A DNA stretch of 64,000 bases from Takakia lepidozioides (GCA_030704615.1 CM060733.1:71672001-71736000); one strand, 5' to 3'; numbered from the stretch's first letter, positions 11,701-24,034 are shown. A program made the numbers and translations. The notes: generated by a model not told the origin, from the sequence alone.

Positions 11701-14394
11701 GAAAGACAACTGGGCTGCAATGCACCCAAAGGGGATCTGCATAGGCCAGGCAACACAAATGCCGACACAGGCGGGGGACTTGTGCAACCCCCCGGTGCCT
11801 GCAGTCCCACCCCACAAACCCTATCACATTTCCTCCGACAGGAAGCCTCGGGGGAGGCGACCTTACACTCTCGGAAACCTGGCGTTCCCCTCTCGCTGCC
11901 ATCTTCATTTGTTTGAGTATCGGCATCAGGCCAGACGACCTCTCTCAACACGTCGTTCACTTTGTCACTAAAGCCTAGGGGATCCCCTTCCTCCCTCCTC
12001 TCTTTCCACCCAAGCAAAAGGGCAACCTGTCTCCTAAACAGAAACCGGAAATTGTGCCCAAGAGGACGATTTGGCCAACGACTGGCACGAGGTGGAGGCA
12101 GCAAACTCAACAAGAACTCGTTATCGAAACACCCAAGTATGACACTCAACTGCTGCTCTGTAGCGTGTTGACACTCCAAGTACTGATGATATCTGCAGCC
12201 TTTTGAAGGCGCGCTGGAGGTGCGGGAGGCACTGCTAGCTCAGTGTGTTTCCGCTTCACAAGAGCCATTCCCTGCATGCGCCCACTCCTGCAATGAAAGC
12301 CTTCAAGACTACAGCCGCTCAACGCACTAATACAAACGGCATGCAAGACATATAACAAGAGCAGCAATGAAGACAAAGCAAGCACAGTTAAGGCGCGACG
12401 TTGAGGATGTGCCACCATATCTACCATTGAAGGCAGGTCGACCTACAGCTCTAATCCAGCAAACAGAAAAACACAATCACAAATGCAAGGCAGCCCTGCA
12501 CTTCAAGAACTCCACGACTTGTCAAAACGGAGCGGCGCGTCTGTATCACAGCCAAAATCCCTTACCAAATCCCACCTCGCATTGCATTTCACAGCCCGCC
12601 CGCACCCCCCAAATCGACAAGCCCCCGCAGCAATTTCCCACTAGAACTCTAATCTTGCATACAGGAAAACACAATCACAAATGCAAAGCTTACCTAAACC
12701 GGAACAAAAAATAGACGGTGTCAGAACGGAGCGGCGCCACTGCATTACAGGCAAAATGCGGCATCAAATCCCAGCTCGCATTGCACTTCACGCATTCACA
12801 ACCCAATCGACAAGGCCCCCGCACCTCCCAGCACTCACAAAACGCAGAGCATGACACAAAAGGACTCGGAAGCTCGCGCGAGAAGACAATATCGTGAACC
12901 CCTGCCGCCACGCCTGCGTGACATTCCGCACGGGTGGACACGACGCCGGGGGGCACACGCCACGGCACCCTGCATGCAGGGTGGCAATGGTTTATTTCGC
13001 GGGGTGGAATCCCATGCCCCCACACGCTGCACGCCGGCAGTTGCAGCGCCAGTGGGCCTTCCCGCCTGCCAACTCAGCGGGGTCAACGGCGCTGGCACCT
13101 CCTGGGCCATGCGTTTTAGGGCCCCCCCCCTGGCACTTAGAAAAAAAATTCCGACGGAGCATTGATTATTTCTGCCCGCTCTAAATTGGAGCGGACAGAG
13201 CACTAAACGCTCTTCATTTTTTGTTCAGACATCGACAAAATCGGATATAATTTGACAAACTTGCGGGATGGATGAAAAACGACCCGCCTGATTCAAGTCG
13301 CGTCGTCCTTTAAGGGTTAAACGACCCTCGAGTTGCTAAAAGGAGAGGGTCACCCCAGCCCTTTATTTTTCATTTCTGAAGTTTCAGAGACATGGCTACA
13401 GTCAGCAGGCTCCTTGAAACTGAATTATACTAAAACAAATTGGTGCAACGGCTGGCAACAATACTTAAATTCAGGTTGAGTTTGGGCGAAGTGTGAAACC
13501 AAATAAACGCATGGAATACATGCAAGCCTTGCCTTATTGCAGTTACCAATCGGGTGTAAAATGATGAATGTAGATTTATAGTTCTTCATAATGTCACAAT
13601 AGTGGATTGTGCGTTGAATAAATATTCAATGAATGTATGATTAGATTTGTACAATAAGACCCACACAGATAACAAACTTTGACCTTAACTTACCAACCAA
13701 AACTGACTGTTGTCCCTGCACTCTTCCAGCAGCTTCTTGGCTCGGAGGAAAAAAGCTTCCAAAGACCTGAAGGATGGACAGCTGCTATGGAAACTAGGGT
13801 TCCAGAATCAGGGCAGGGGCAGTGTTCAGAATGACATCTGGTAATCTGATAGGCATTCACCTTTTTGCCTTGTTTGTCACCTAGCTAAGTAACCTGAGTG
13901 GTTATTCATTGTCCATTAAATTAAAAGGCCCCTTTCAGCAAATTTTGGACGAGTGGTGACAGCAATTGATCCATCAGTTCCTGAAGTCAGGCCTCTCTTT
14001 GCAATGGATTGGAAATATGCTCATATCAGCATTTTGCTCATGTTCGGAATCTAAGGTTTTTATGACCCGTGACACTTTAGCCCGTTCAATTGGTTCCACT
14101 GTTTGCTGGAGAGAGAGAGTACAAAAGGAAAAGAGCAACAAGTTGAAGTCTCACAAAAGAGAGAGAGAGAGAGAAGGGCTGCTCGACTTACCTATTGAAG
14201 ATAGGTGACATTCTTCCATCTTCACCCCAGGGCAAATACATTTGGCCCCAGGCCAAAAACCTTTCGACCTCGCAACCTGCTCCTCTCCAACTGAAAGGAA
14301 GCCCAGCTTTTCGAAGCCAACATACAAGGCATCATACGCTGCTGGTTCTATGGGTGTTCAACATGAGAGTGGACAATTTGGAGATAGCTCGCAC

Positions 14395-14497
14395 AGAGGT
14401 GGAGCTCTGCTGACAATAGCTTTTCAGATACTGGTGAGCAGTCATCAGCCAGGCTTTCTCTCGAGTCTGTGGCAACTTAAACAATCTCATATCCTAC
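14395..14497 (+). pseudogene. HD-ZIP IV C-terminal fragment, inverted relative to the rest of the gene
   Basis: GGALLTIAFQILVSS then, frameshifted, SARLSLESVAT..NNLIS; compare ATML1/PDF2-type GGSLLTVAFQILV..AKLSLGSVATVN.LI. Confidence 0.75.
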
Positions 14498-14699
14498 ATT
14501 CCTCTTTTATTCCGACTGAAACGCTAGCGAAAGGAGCTCGGTTGTAGCAGTTACTAGATCATGGCTTAGATCAAGTTAGGGTTGTTATCTTACTAGATCA
14601 TCCTTTCTTTCTCATGCTATGGTATGGCTGCATTGTTACTAAGATAGAACTGTGTTAGGAAAGGCCACTCTTTCTGGTCTTGTTAGGGTTTGAAGCATT

Positions 14700-14776
14700 T
14701 GGGGGGCTTCGGGAACGTCTGGAAGAATTGCAAACCCTGAGGGTAGGAGAGCTACATAGTCAGGATCACTGCCTTG
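14700..14776 (-). pseudogene. HD-ZIP IV fragment continuing past the TIR-element insertion
   Basis: The reverse strand reads QGSDPDYVALLPSGFAILPD, which directly continues MNLVLQG from 19749. Confidence 0.85.
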
Positions 14777-15474
14777 CCTGCGGGGTGCACTCTTTATAAA
14801 ATGTCCGTATCACGTGCGTTCGTCGCCTAATTAAAAAACCCCCTATATACGGGTCCTTGGATCATTTATACCCCCTCTGTACATACATTTTGAAGATTAT
14901 AAAACCCCCTCCTGTAAATATATAGAAATTTGTAATTTTAAAAAAGTACCCCCTACTGTATGTATATTTCCATTTTCAATAATTAAAAATACCCTCAAAT
15001 ATGTATATGTATATTTTTTGTATTATATCAAGTTTATTCATTTAAAAATCTAATAAATTAATTAAAAAATTGTTTGCCCTCGATAAAACTTGCTGTGGAA
15101 TCTCACTTTGAATAATAATCAGATGCACAATAATCAGATGCAGAGAGGAAATGGACATTGTCAATCCCCGATGTGCAAGAGGCCTGAAGAAAGTTTCTAT
15201 TTTCTGATATACAGTCCTGGGTATTTTCATCAGAGAGTGACCCTCTTGAATATCATCAAGACCTAGTCAGTGCACCTCTGTTCATCAACTATGAGAGTTT
15301 CTGAACTTGTTCTATAGTTTCAACCTTCATAAGGTCCAATTATGTTCAAAACCCATTGTTGAGAATTCCTCTCCAAAAAGAGATTCCGTGCACCTTTGCT
15401 GCCACTGTAGGAGTCCAACCTGACTCGCAGTTGACAGAGTTCAATACATTCAATTAGGTGACAACCATTTCATT

Positions 15475-17650
15475 TCACCAATACTCCCCACAAGAACAAA
15501 CATTATTTTGGAAGTGGTGAAAGCGGTTTGCATCCCGTACAACAATCTCTTGCTTAGCTATCTTTGAGATGAATTTGGTGGCTGTGTGGCAATCACCACA
15601 CATCCGAAGATTCCTGATGATCCCCAAAGACATCCCAGAGGGTGTGTTGATAAGCCCAAAAACAATGGCCAGCTTCTCATTGTGGTGGCAAAGAGACGAT
15701 TCTTTAAGCTCTTCCTCAACATCATGCAATGCAAAGCGCGGGCTTCACCCCTTCGCACATCATTTGCTCATAGGTCTCCAAAGCCTCCATCCCGCGCCCT
15801 TGCTGTGTATATCCTGCAATCATCGCATTCCACGACAGCACATCTCGTTCAGCCATACTGTCGAACACTCCCTTCATACATGTCCACGAGAGTATTGTTC
15901 AAAATGACATTTGATACAGTTGCAAATCTAACAATGTCGCCATGGACCTCTTTGCCCTTTTCCAGAGCTGACAGGCTTGCACACGCATTGCAAATGTACA
16001 CAAATGTGATGTGGTCGGGCTTCACCCCTTCCCCCATCATTTGATCATAGGTCTCCAAAGCCTCCATACCACGTCCCTGCTGTGCATACCCTGCAAGCAT
16101 CGCACTCCACGACACCACATCTTGTTCAGCCATGGAAACTCCCTTCGCATCCTTAATGCACCCACATTTGGCATACATGTCCACCAGGGGAGTGTTCAGA
16201 ATGTCAGCTGGTACAATTCCAGCTTTGACGATGTCACCATGGACCTCATTTCCTTTTTCCAGAGCTCGCAGGCTTGGACACGCATTGCATCCTACCAACA
16301 TTATATTCCACGTGATCAAAGATCGTTGAGGCATTCTGTTGAACACTTGGTGAGCATCAATGATGCTCCCGCACACAACATACATGTTGACAAGGGTGTT
16401 GAGTAGAAAACATTTGACGTGAATCCACTTTGGATGATGTGAGTATGCACCTGTTTTCCAGCTTCCAGACCTTCCATCTTGATGCACTTAAGCAAGAGAC
16501 AGACATACATATCTGAATCTGGTGAAATGCCTTGTGATGTGGTTAGTTCCCCCATCATTTGCTCATAGGTCTCCAAAGCCTCCATCCCGTGCCTTTGTTG
16601 TGCATACCCTGCAAGCATCACGTTCCACGACACCACATCTCGTTCAGCCAAAGTGTTGATTCAACATAATATTCCACGTGATCAAAGATCATTGAGGCAT
16701 TTTGTTGAACACTTGGTGAGCATCCCTGATGTTCCGGCACTTAACATACAGGTTGACAAGGGTGTTGAGTAGAAAAACATTTGGCGTGAATCCACTTTGG
16801 ATAATGTGAGTGTGCACCTGCTTTCCAGCTTCGAGACCTTCCATCTTGATGCACTTAAGCAAGAGACAGACATACATATCTGAATATGCTAAACTGCCTC
16901 CTTGGTTTAGAGTCTGTAGAGCCTCTGTCAGGCTGTCGCACAAAGTATCTTCACATGCCCAGAAGTGCCAGAAGAGGCATTGTGGACTCCCTCTCTTGAT
17001 CCTCTTTCAGAAGCTGTGGTCATGGTTGAGGTGCCTGATTTTATCAACTGTGCCGCTGCAGCTGCTACCTTTAGTTGACCATCTACCCATGCAGGTTTCT
17101 TGTAGCTACTAACCCCCACATGGAATCAAGGTAATCTGGAGCTTGAAGTCCAGCCCTCTTGGATGAATCTGGATCCACACTCTATCCATGCTCATTCAGG
17201 ATAAAACAGGGAACATCCAAGAGGTCGATTTTAAACACAAGATTACTTTTGATTCCCTGCGGATCAATAGCTACAAGAAAGCTGCATGGGTAGATGGTCA
17301 ACTGGAAATAGCAGCGGCAGCAGTGCATTTGGTAGGACAAGGCGCTGCTAATGAAGGTACCTTCTTCAACACATTTCAGCCTGTTTTTCCCTGTTACCTC
17401 GATATTCTCGCCACATAGGCACTAGGTGGAATTTCACAGGTGGCCCCGCCAACGTGTTCCTCGACACCACCTCGTTCAGCCATAGTGTTGAACACTCCCT
17501 CCGCATCCTCAATGCTCCCACAATGGCATACATGTCCACAAGGGTATTGTTCATAATCACATCCGGTACAATTCCAGCTTTGGTGATGCAACCATGCACC
17601 TCTTTGCCCTTTTCCATGGCTGCAGGCTTACACACGCACTGCAAACGCAC
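15475..17650 (-). pseudogene. PLS-class PPR-DYW RNA-editing-factor pseudogene (scrambled, internally duplicated)
   Basis: Repeated PPR motifs (NTLVDMYAKCG.I.DA..VF..M..DVVSW.AMLAGYAQQG.G.EAL...M...GVKPD). DYW C-half HDVEEE..HHNEKLA..CGDCH..GEYW at 15475-15729. GVKP is joined straight to FALHDV, so E/E+ and the PG box are missing. Confidence 0.92.
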
Positions 17651-17654
17651 ACAA

Positions 17655-18810
17655 ATGAATTCAAAGGTCAGATGGTGGGGTCAGCTACAACATATGTCCA
17701 ACACCAGATATCCTAAGTTAATCGACTCTATATCTTTAAAACTATATGCTCTAGCTTAGGCTTGGATTTCATGGCTAATGGTTCCATCTCGAGACTTGAT
17801 AACAGGGGTACGTTGAAGGTTGCAATGACCCAAAGTGCTTCTAATTGAGTCCCACATCAATTCAATCTCAAAGAAGTTCGTCCCTTGACTGGCTGGAGAG
17901 CGGTCTTAGACATTGGTGTTTCAATGGGGCACTCTAGGAAGACAACCAAGGGCAAGGACTTCAACTTGAGAGTTTCTAATCAGTTTGATGCTCTGGATGA
18001 GGTTGAATCCATGGGGTAACTATCCCCCCTTTGCAGAACGGTTGGCCGTCCAGGAGCAATCACAAGCTACCTAGACGACAAACAGTTTCACATGCACAGG
18101 GCTGGCTTGCGGCTGGCCACTTTCAACTTCTCAGGGTTGACCAACCAAAGGAAACAACTCGAAGTGGGACAAGTTCTTCGGACTAATGATATTCATATCT
18201 GTGCTGGGCAAGAAACATGGGAAACGTCGGATAAACTGGTTGGAGATGTCAATGGTTATAAATGGGCAGGTAAGATGTGTACTCTCAAGGCAGCCTCTGC
18301 CAAACGCGGTCAAAAAGGGGTTGGATTCTTTGTCCGTGATTTCTTGTTTGACAATTGTGAAATTATCAACAAGGGTTTGAGGTACGAGCATAGTATCTGC
18401 CTAAAACTGAATCTGAAGGGCGGCATGAGTACGAAGGACCTCTTTCTGGGTTGTGTTTACATGCCCATAGAGGGGACCCTTAGTGCTGACGTAGACAAAA
18501 GCCCGGGTGGGCAAAGGGCTCCATCAGGACGATATCATTGGGCCTTTTGGTGAGGACGAGCTGAATTCTAATGGCAGACGGTTAATTAACTGTCTGGAAG
18601 AGCTTCAGCTTTTGACCTTGAATAACAGGACAAGAGGTGACCAAGTGTAGTGGACTCGTGAGAAATCCCAAACTGGGGAACGTTCCATTGTGGACTATAT
18701 CATAATGGACAAAAATTTGTTCCCCCAGTGTGCCAATGTGTTGATCGACAGAACTGATATTGGTACCTCTGACCACTTCCTGGTTTGGACTGAGATCAAA
18801 AGAGGATCTC
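17655..18810 (+). mobile_element. LINE fragments: ORF2 tail piece plus APE-type endonuclease domain
   Basis: RLATFNFSGL..ICAGQETW..GVGFFV..GCVYMP..NSNGRRLI..SIVDYII..SDHFLV (18092-18790); SNQFDAL at ~17977. Confidence 0.85.
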
Positions 18811-19748
18811 TTGTGTGTGCCTACTTGTGTCTGTAGTCAGGTAACGACGGATTGGTCAGTGAGAACCACCACGTTGCAGCTGAGCACGGCCTGCTAAGAC
18901 CAAGTTGACTCTCCCAAGAACCTTGTAAACATATGGAAGAATACCAAATCAGGTACTAACAGGAGGCAAGAGCCTGCAATAGCAGGATGGAAAAAATTCT
19001 TACCTTAAGAAAACGCCACACCTTGCGATTGCAGTTGTCCCACCATTGTCAATCTTCTAAAAAATCATGCCAGGTCTGCTCAGTGCTGCAAATTCAGGGC
19101 CGACTCTGATGAGAGGGCAAGACAGGCTGAAATAGGTCGAAGAAGAAGGTGCCCTCACCACATTGTCCTTGACCTTGTGTCATGACCCATGGAGGATTTG
19201 CCCTCCCATCAACCCAAAAGGATCGCTTCGGTGTGCTGCTAGTGTCTATAGTCAGATAATGTCGGATTGGTCTTTGAGAAACCACCACAAAATGGCCTGC
19301 TAAGACCAAGCTCACTCTCCCCTAAACCTTGTAAACATCAGGAAGAATACCATGCCCTGTGGAGAGGAGGGGAGAGGAGAGGAGGGAAAAGAGAAAGCCC
19401 GCAGAAGGGAAGTCGATCGCGGGAGAGGAGTGGAGAGGAGATCAGAGGAGGAGAGGGAAAAGAGAAAGCCGCGGGAGGGAAGGGGAGAAAGATCGCGGAG
19501 AGAAAAAAAAAAAAACAAACAAACAAAAAGATAATCCCGCGATTTGATCTCGCGGTGCGTAGCGTCCTAAACGTCGCTCGTACCACTACACTACCCCTTA
19601 AAACTCAACACCCCCCTCCTGTAAAATGATATTTAAGGTGTTTTAAACCCCCCTCTGTATGTATAATGTTGTACATGGGGGGGTTTAAAATACCCCCTCC
19701 TGTGCACGCACGTGGCTGGTACATTTAATGAGGAGTGCACCCCCTAGG

Positions 19749-20385
19749 CTGCCTTGCAACACAAGGTTCATGGAATGTCGACAGGCGCATAGATAACCAG
19801 TGAACCAGCCACATCGGTGCAGCTTTCTTGAGGAATGAGCATGTTGCTTTGGCTTGCGTTCATAGCATTCACCCGCAAAAGTGATACATTGTTCCAATAT
19901 CTTCTCCTTTGGCAATGTGTGCCATTTCAGCCACTAGCAATCCATTCGACAGGATGTCCCACTCACTCCGCAATCACTCATCCCTAAGAAACTCAAAAAC
20001 ACGTTGAGGAGGTACACATAGAGGTGGCAACGCTCAGAACGATGCCATGAGGCTCACCCGGGTTGTCCACACTCTTGCGAGTCATCACCCGGACGTCATC
20101 TTCACCACTTCCAGAGAGTGTTGTCCAGGTATGGACAGTCGAAGCACTCACATCCGCACATAAATTATTAGTCATGCGTTGGGCCAGTTTCAGCATGCTG
20201 CGCCGGCCATTGGCACTTGGCATCCCACCCAGATCTCTAGTGGTAGTACTGAAATTGGCCAGGCGCTCACACTTTCGCTGAAGAGTGGCCACCCACCGTT
20301 GTGCACCAAATGCCATGCTTGTGTTGACCAGAGCTCAATACATGTCGTGGACAGCGCGATCATCATACTCCATGTGTTCGTTCCA
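19749..20385 (-). pseudogene. HD-ZIP class IV (ATML1/PDF2/HDG-like) START/SAD region fragment
   Basis: [101 protein letters not shown]; contains stops and frameshifts. Confidence 0.9.
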
Positions 20386-20799
20386 CTGTTGTTATTTTAG
20401 AGTATCCGTTTGGGGTGTCGTGGATCGCCTCTCTGTCTCTCTCCTCTCGTCTAAGTATCCCTCGTCTCTCTCCTCTTGTCTATCCCTCGCACTGCATCCG
20501 CTCATAAGTCTCTAAAGCCTCCATTGAGCCGCGACCCTTGCACCTGGTGCTACTCCCATGTCAAACACTACCTCGACACCTGCCAAGATAGCTAGGACTT
20601 AAGGGAATTTGATAACTACAAAATGCTTCGAGCTCCAGTTCTGATATCAAACCAATAGAAAACTGACATGTTCAAAGTTGATAGGACTTTGGTAAACATG
20701 GATGGATGAGCTCATCCAATGGATGGATCCATTCATGTATATGCCTTTGAAATGTGACGTGTAGTGATGTAAGGAAAAAAGTGCCCGGACTTGATCCAC

Positions 20800-21000
20800 T
20801 CAAGGTCGTTCAGTGCCTCATTAGGGGGATCAGTGTTTTCAAAGTTTTGCTGGGGGGAACAGTGTCTACAAATTCATTTGGGGGATTGGTGTTGTCAAAG
20901 TTGTGTTGGGGGGTCAATGTTTGCAAACTTCACTAGGGGGATCACTGTTTACAAATGTTACTAGGGGGATTAGTGTTTTGATGGAGGGGGTTTGGCTCGT
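20800..21000. repeat. ~28-30-bp degenerate tandem units (TAGGGGGATCAGTGTTT..AAA), resembling a Mutator-type terminal region
   Basis: About six GGGGG-anchored units are visible. Confidence 0.55.
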
Positions 21001-21649
21001 TCAGTGCCCAAACTTCAGCCGCTCAAAGGCCGGTTTGAAAGCCCATTTTATTAAGTATAATTTGAACAATTTTTTTTCTTTCTTTTAAAAGGCCCAAGAG
21101 CCAACTATAAGGCTGGCCAGCACACCTACTATTATAGATCAATCAACAGGTGTTATATATATGTATAAGCGTGTCAAATATATTTAAACAATATTTAAAT
21201 GGAGTGTACACTTATAGATTGTTTAGCACCTATTATAACTAAAGTAGAGATCTGTTAAAAATAGAAATATATGAGATATAATGGTGTAATGATATTTAGA
21301 ATGGAATTGAAAGAAAAAGAAAAAGAAAAAGAAAAATATTATATTAATAAGTTCATGTGTATGTAATTAGATAGCCAAATAAGCCGATGGCATATGCAAT
21401 CAAGATGCTCAGGAGGCCATTTAGATAATGAGAGAGAATACGCTCACATTTTCTGAAATGGATTCAAGCCTAACGTTTTGCTGCCCAACACCCTTGTCAA
21501 CGTGAGAAAAGATTTGTCTTCCTCCCTGGTCGTTTTCAGAGACCACTCTACAATCTCCAGACTGCAAATTACATAAGTTGGGTTAGCATTTATATAAGTC
21601 TGGACATGTTCGTTGTTCATCATCGTGTAGAGCCCAATGGGTCAGGTGG

Positions 21650-23500
21650 CTTCCTAACCGATACCTTGGCGATACCCCCACTAAGAAGCCACGTAATCTC
21701 AACAAACTGGCACAAGCCTACTACCATCATACCCTCCCCCCAGACATCCTCAAACTCCTCATCGCCTCGTTTCAATTGACTCACTCATATTACTCCAGTC
21801 CAGTAACCTGCCCCATGGAGCTTTCTTCGTACGACAGCCCCCATCCCCTTGACCGTGTATTCGGTGCCTTAGGAACCGCTACCCAGCACACATGGACAAG
21901 AGGCGGCCTTGCTCACTTGCCAGCAGGGCCACACAAAGCATGGACTCCGACCCCTCCCCGCCCCCTCCCATCACTCAATACTACCCCTGTTGGGGCACCT
22001 CCAGTTCACCTAGGCCCTATCTCTCTGAAATACCCCCCAACACATGCACACTACACAGACGGCTCCCAAGCCGGCACTTGCGCCGGATATGGAGTCTACC
22101 ACGCGACCACTAACAATGGGACCGCCCACCGACTCCCAGGCCCCGCAACCATACTACGTGCAGAACTTATGGCCATTTACAAAGCCCTCTCCCAGCTAAA
22201 CGCATTCCCCCCACCATACTACATTTTTACAGACAGCTTAACCTCACTCTTTCTCCTGCAAAACCACATAGCCTGCCCATCCTCCCACCATCACCACCCA
22301 GACCGTAATCTTATCTCAGCAATCATCATTCTCGCCATCTCAATCAACAAACCCATTCAATTCCTTAAAGTATGCTCACATACCGGAATCAACGGGAACG
22401 AGGAGGCTGACCTCCTTGCCCAACTAGGGGCCTCCAAATCCCCAGTAGAACCCTCCGCAGATCCCATCCACATTGCGCATACGCACCCTTTCTAGCTAAT
22501 ACATCCAATCCCAAGCCCCCCCCGAACCTAAAGCTATCTGTAACCTCCGCTCTACCCTATCTAAAGAAGCCAACAAACAAGCCACTGCATCTCTCAGTTG
22601 CACCAAACAACATATCCAAAAATGGACACACTCCGCAGTACTTCACCATAAACTGTCCAACCACTTCTGGCACACTAAAGCCGCTTCCAATTCGACAAAC
22701 ACTTAAGTTTAGATTTGCCCAGTATATCTTTTGGCCAACCATTTTTATATCCCCACATTGCCCCCTTTGCTCCCATATAAATGCGGTACGAGACACTTGG
22801 CCTCATATTCTCAGCAAATGCCCCCACCCAGTCATACATGGCCTTCGCATTTCCAGACATAACCAAGCCGTATGGCACATCCACAAACTATTACAATGAC
22901 ATAAAGAAACCAGATGGTTCTCACTAATCAATGCGAGCATTTACCAAGGCAAACCCCCAGACCATACAGTACCAACCTGGCTATTACCCTGTATTTGTCA
23001 ACCCCACGCTACATGCACATGCCCCGCAAGACTTTGTCCGGACACTCTATTAGTTCAGGGACTCCCCATAAATGCCCTCCCACCCTCTACTCCTTCCCCA
23101 TCACTCATTATACACTTCATCGACTTTACATACTACCACGACCGCTTCCCGCGTACCTCCATCCTTGAAAAATGTCAAAAATACACCCCGCTTATCCTAG
23201 CTATTTGTCGGCAGGGGTGGGCCACCGGCCCACTCTCCGTCATCTCCATTGGCACCAGAGGTGGCATACACAACGTCAGCATCTCAACACTTCAAGACAA
23301 CTTTAAACTCCCCATCATCTCCATTCATACATGCTTCGAGGACATCCACCTCACGACGCTTCGATCCCTTACAGCTATTATAACTAATAAGTGAACTCGA
23401 ATCCACTCCATCTTTGATACCCCTGGGTATCCTCGGATACCCTAGGTACCCAAGGTACCCAAGGTACCCCATAGCCCTGGTTACCCGGTGTCCCATGGAC
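21650..23500 (+). mobile_element. 5'-truncated non-LTR retrotransposon with RNase H, CCHC finger and restriction-like endonuclease (RandI/Dualen-like)
   Basis: RNase H: YTDGS..ILRAELMAI..IFTDS..KVCSHTGINGNEEADLLA. Then CPLC..PHILSKC, RHNQAV, RLCPDTLLV..FIDFTY..K..KY..GW..IGTRGGIH. 3' GGTACCCAA repeats at ~23440-23470. Confidence 0.8.
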
Positions 23501-23604
23501 ACCTATCATCTTTATAGAGCCCACCCTTGAAACGGGGCAGTAGCTGCAAGACAAAGTGGCTCTTAGTTATGCCGGCTTCGGCCGGAGTCTTCTCTCTCTC
23601 TCTC

Positions 23605-24034
23605 AGATGCCAACGTCCAATTGCTTGAAGACCAAGGGGGCCCAACCAAGGTAAGAAGTTGTTCCAATCCCGGAACTGTATACACTATTTGGAATCCTAC
23701 ATCCCATTGGGCGGCTTGCGATTGTCCGTGGGCCATGGAGGGTAACCTTTGCAAGCACCAAGTGAAGGTCATGAGGATGTTGGGGCCGCACATAGAAGAA
23801 GGTTTGATTGTGAGGTTGTGTGGAACACGGCTTGGGACAGCGAAGGGGGGTTTGGCCAATCTGTTGGATAACAACATTACCAGTGATCCCATGAGTCGAA
23901 TGATCCCCTGCTAGATCCTTGTGCCCCCAGCTTGCCGGATGTCCATGTCATTGGGGATGAGCAGCCCATCCATGAATCACGGGAATGTTTAATCAAGAGC
24001 ATTGCTGATGAGATGAAAGCGCTAGAATTGTGTG
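23605..24034 (+). pseudogene. SWIM zinc-finger fragment of a Mutator-like transposase
   Basis: VYTIW..AACDCPWAMEGNLCKHQVKV (CxC..CxH); cut by the LTR at 24035. Confidence 0.7.

Larger units (their letters stand above)
9340..13316 (-). mobile_element. piggyBac-like DNA transposon (decayed; only one terminus identified)
   Basis: Terminus ...TTAAGGG followed by TTAA at 13317-13320; contains a PGBD-type transposase. The left boundary is approximate. Confidence 0.8.
14777..19748. mobile_element. ~5-kb non-autonomous TIR (Pack-type) element with PPR-DYW and LINE cargo
   Basis: Termini CCTGCGGGGTGCACTC and GAGTGCACCCCCTAGG (14/16 inverted match); 8-bp TSD CTGCCTTG at 14769-14776 and 19749-19756; CCCCCTC(C/T)GT motifs near both ends; it splits an HD-ZIP IV reading frame. 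Confidence 0.88.

Noticed and set aside
14543-14756. Solo LTR (TGTAGC...GCTACA)
   Set aside because: No TSD, and the right part is HD-ZIP IV coding sequence (DYVALLPSGF) on the minus strand.
19749-20385. HD-ZIP III gene
   Set aside because: The motifs (AFGAx[24 protein letters not shown]) fit class IV, not class III.
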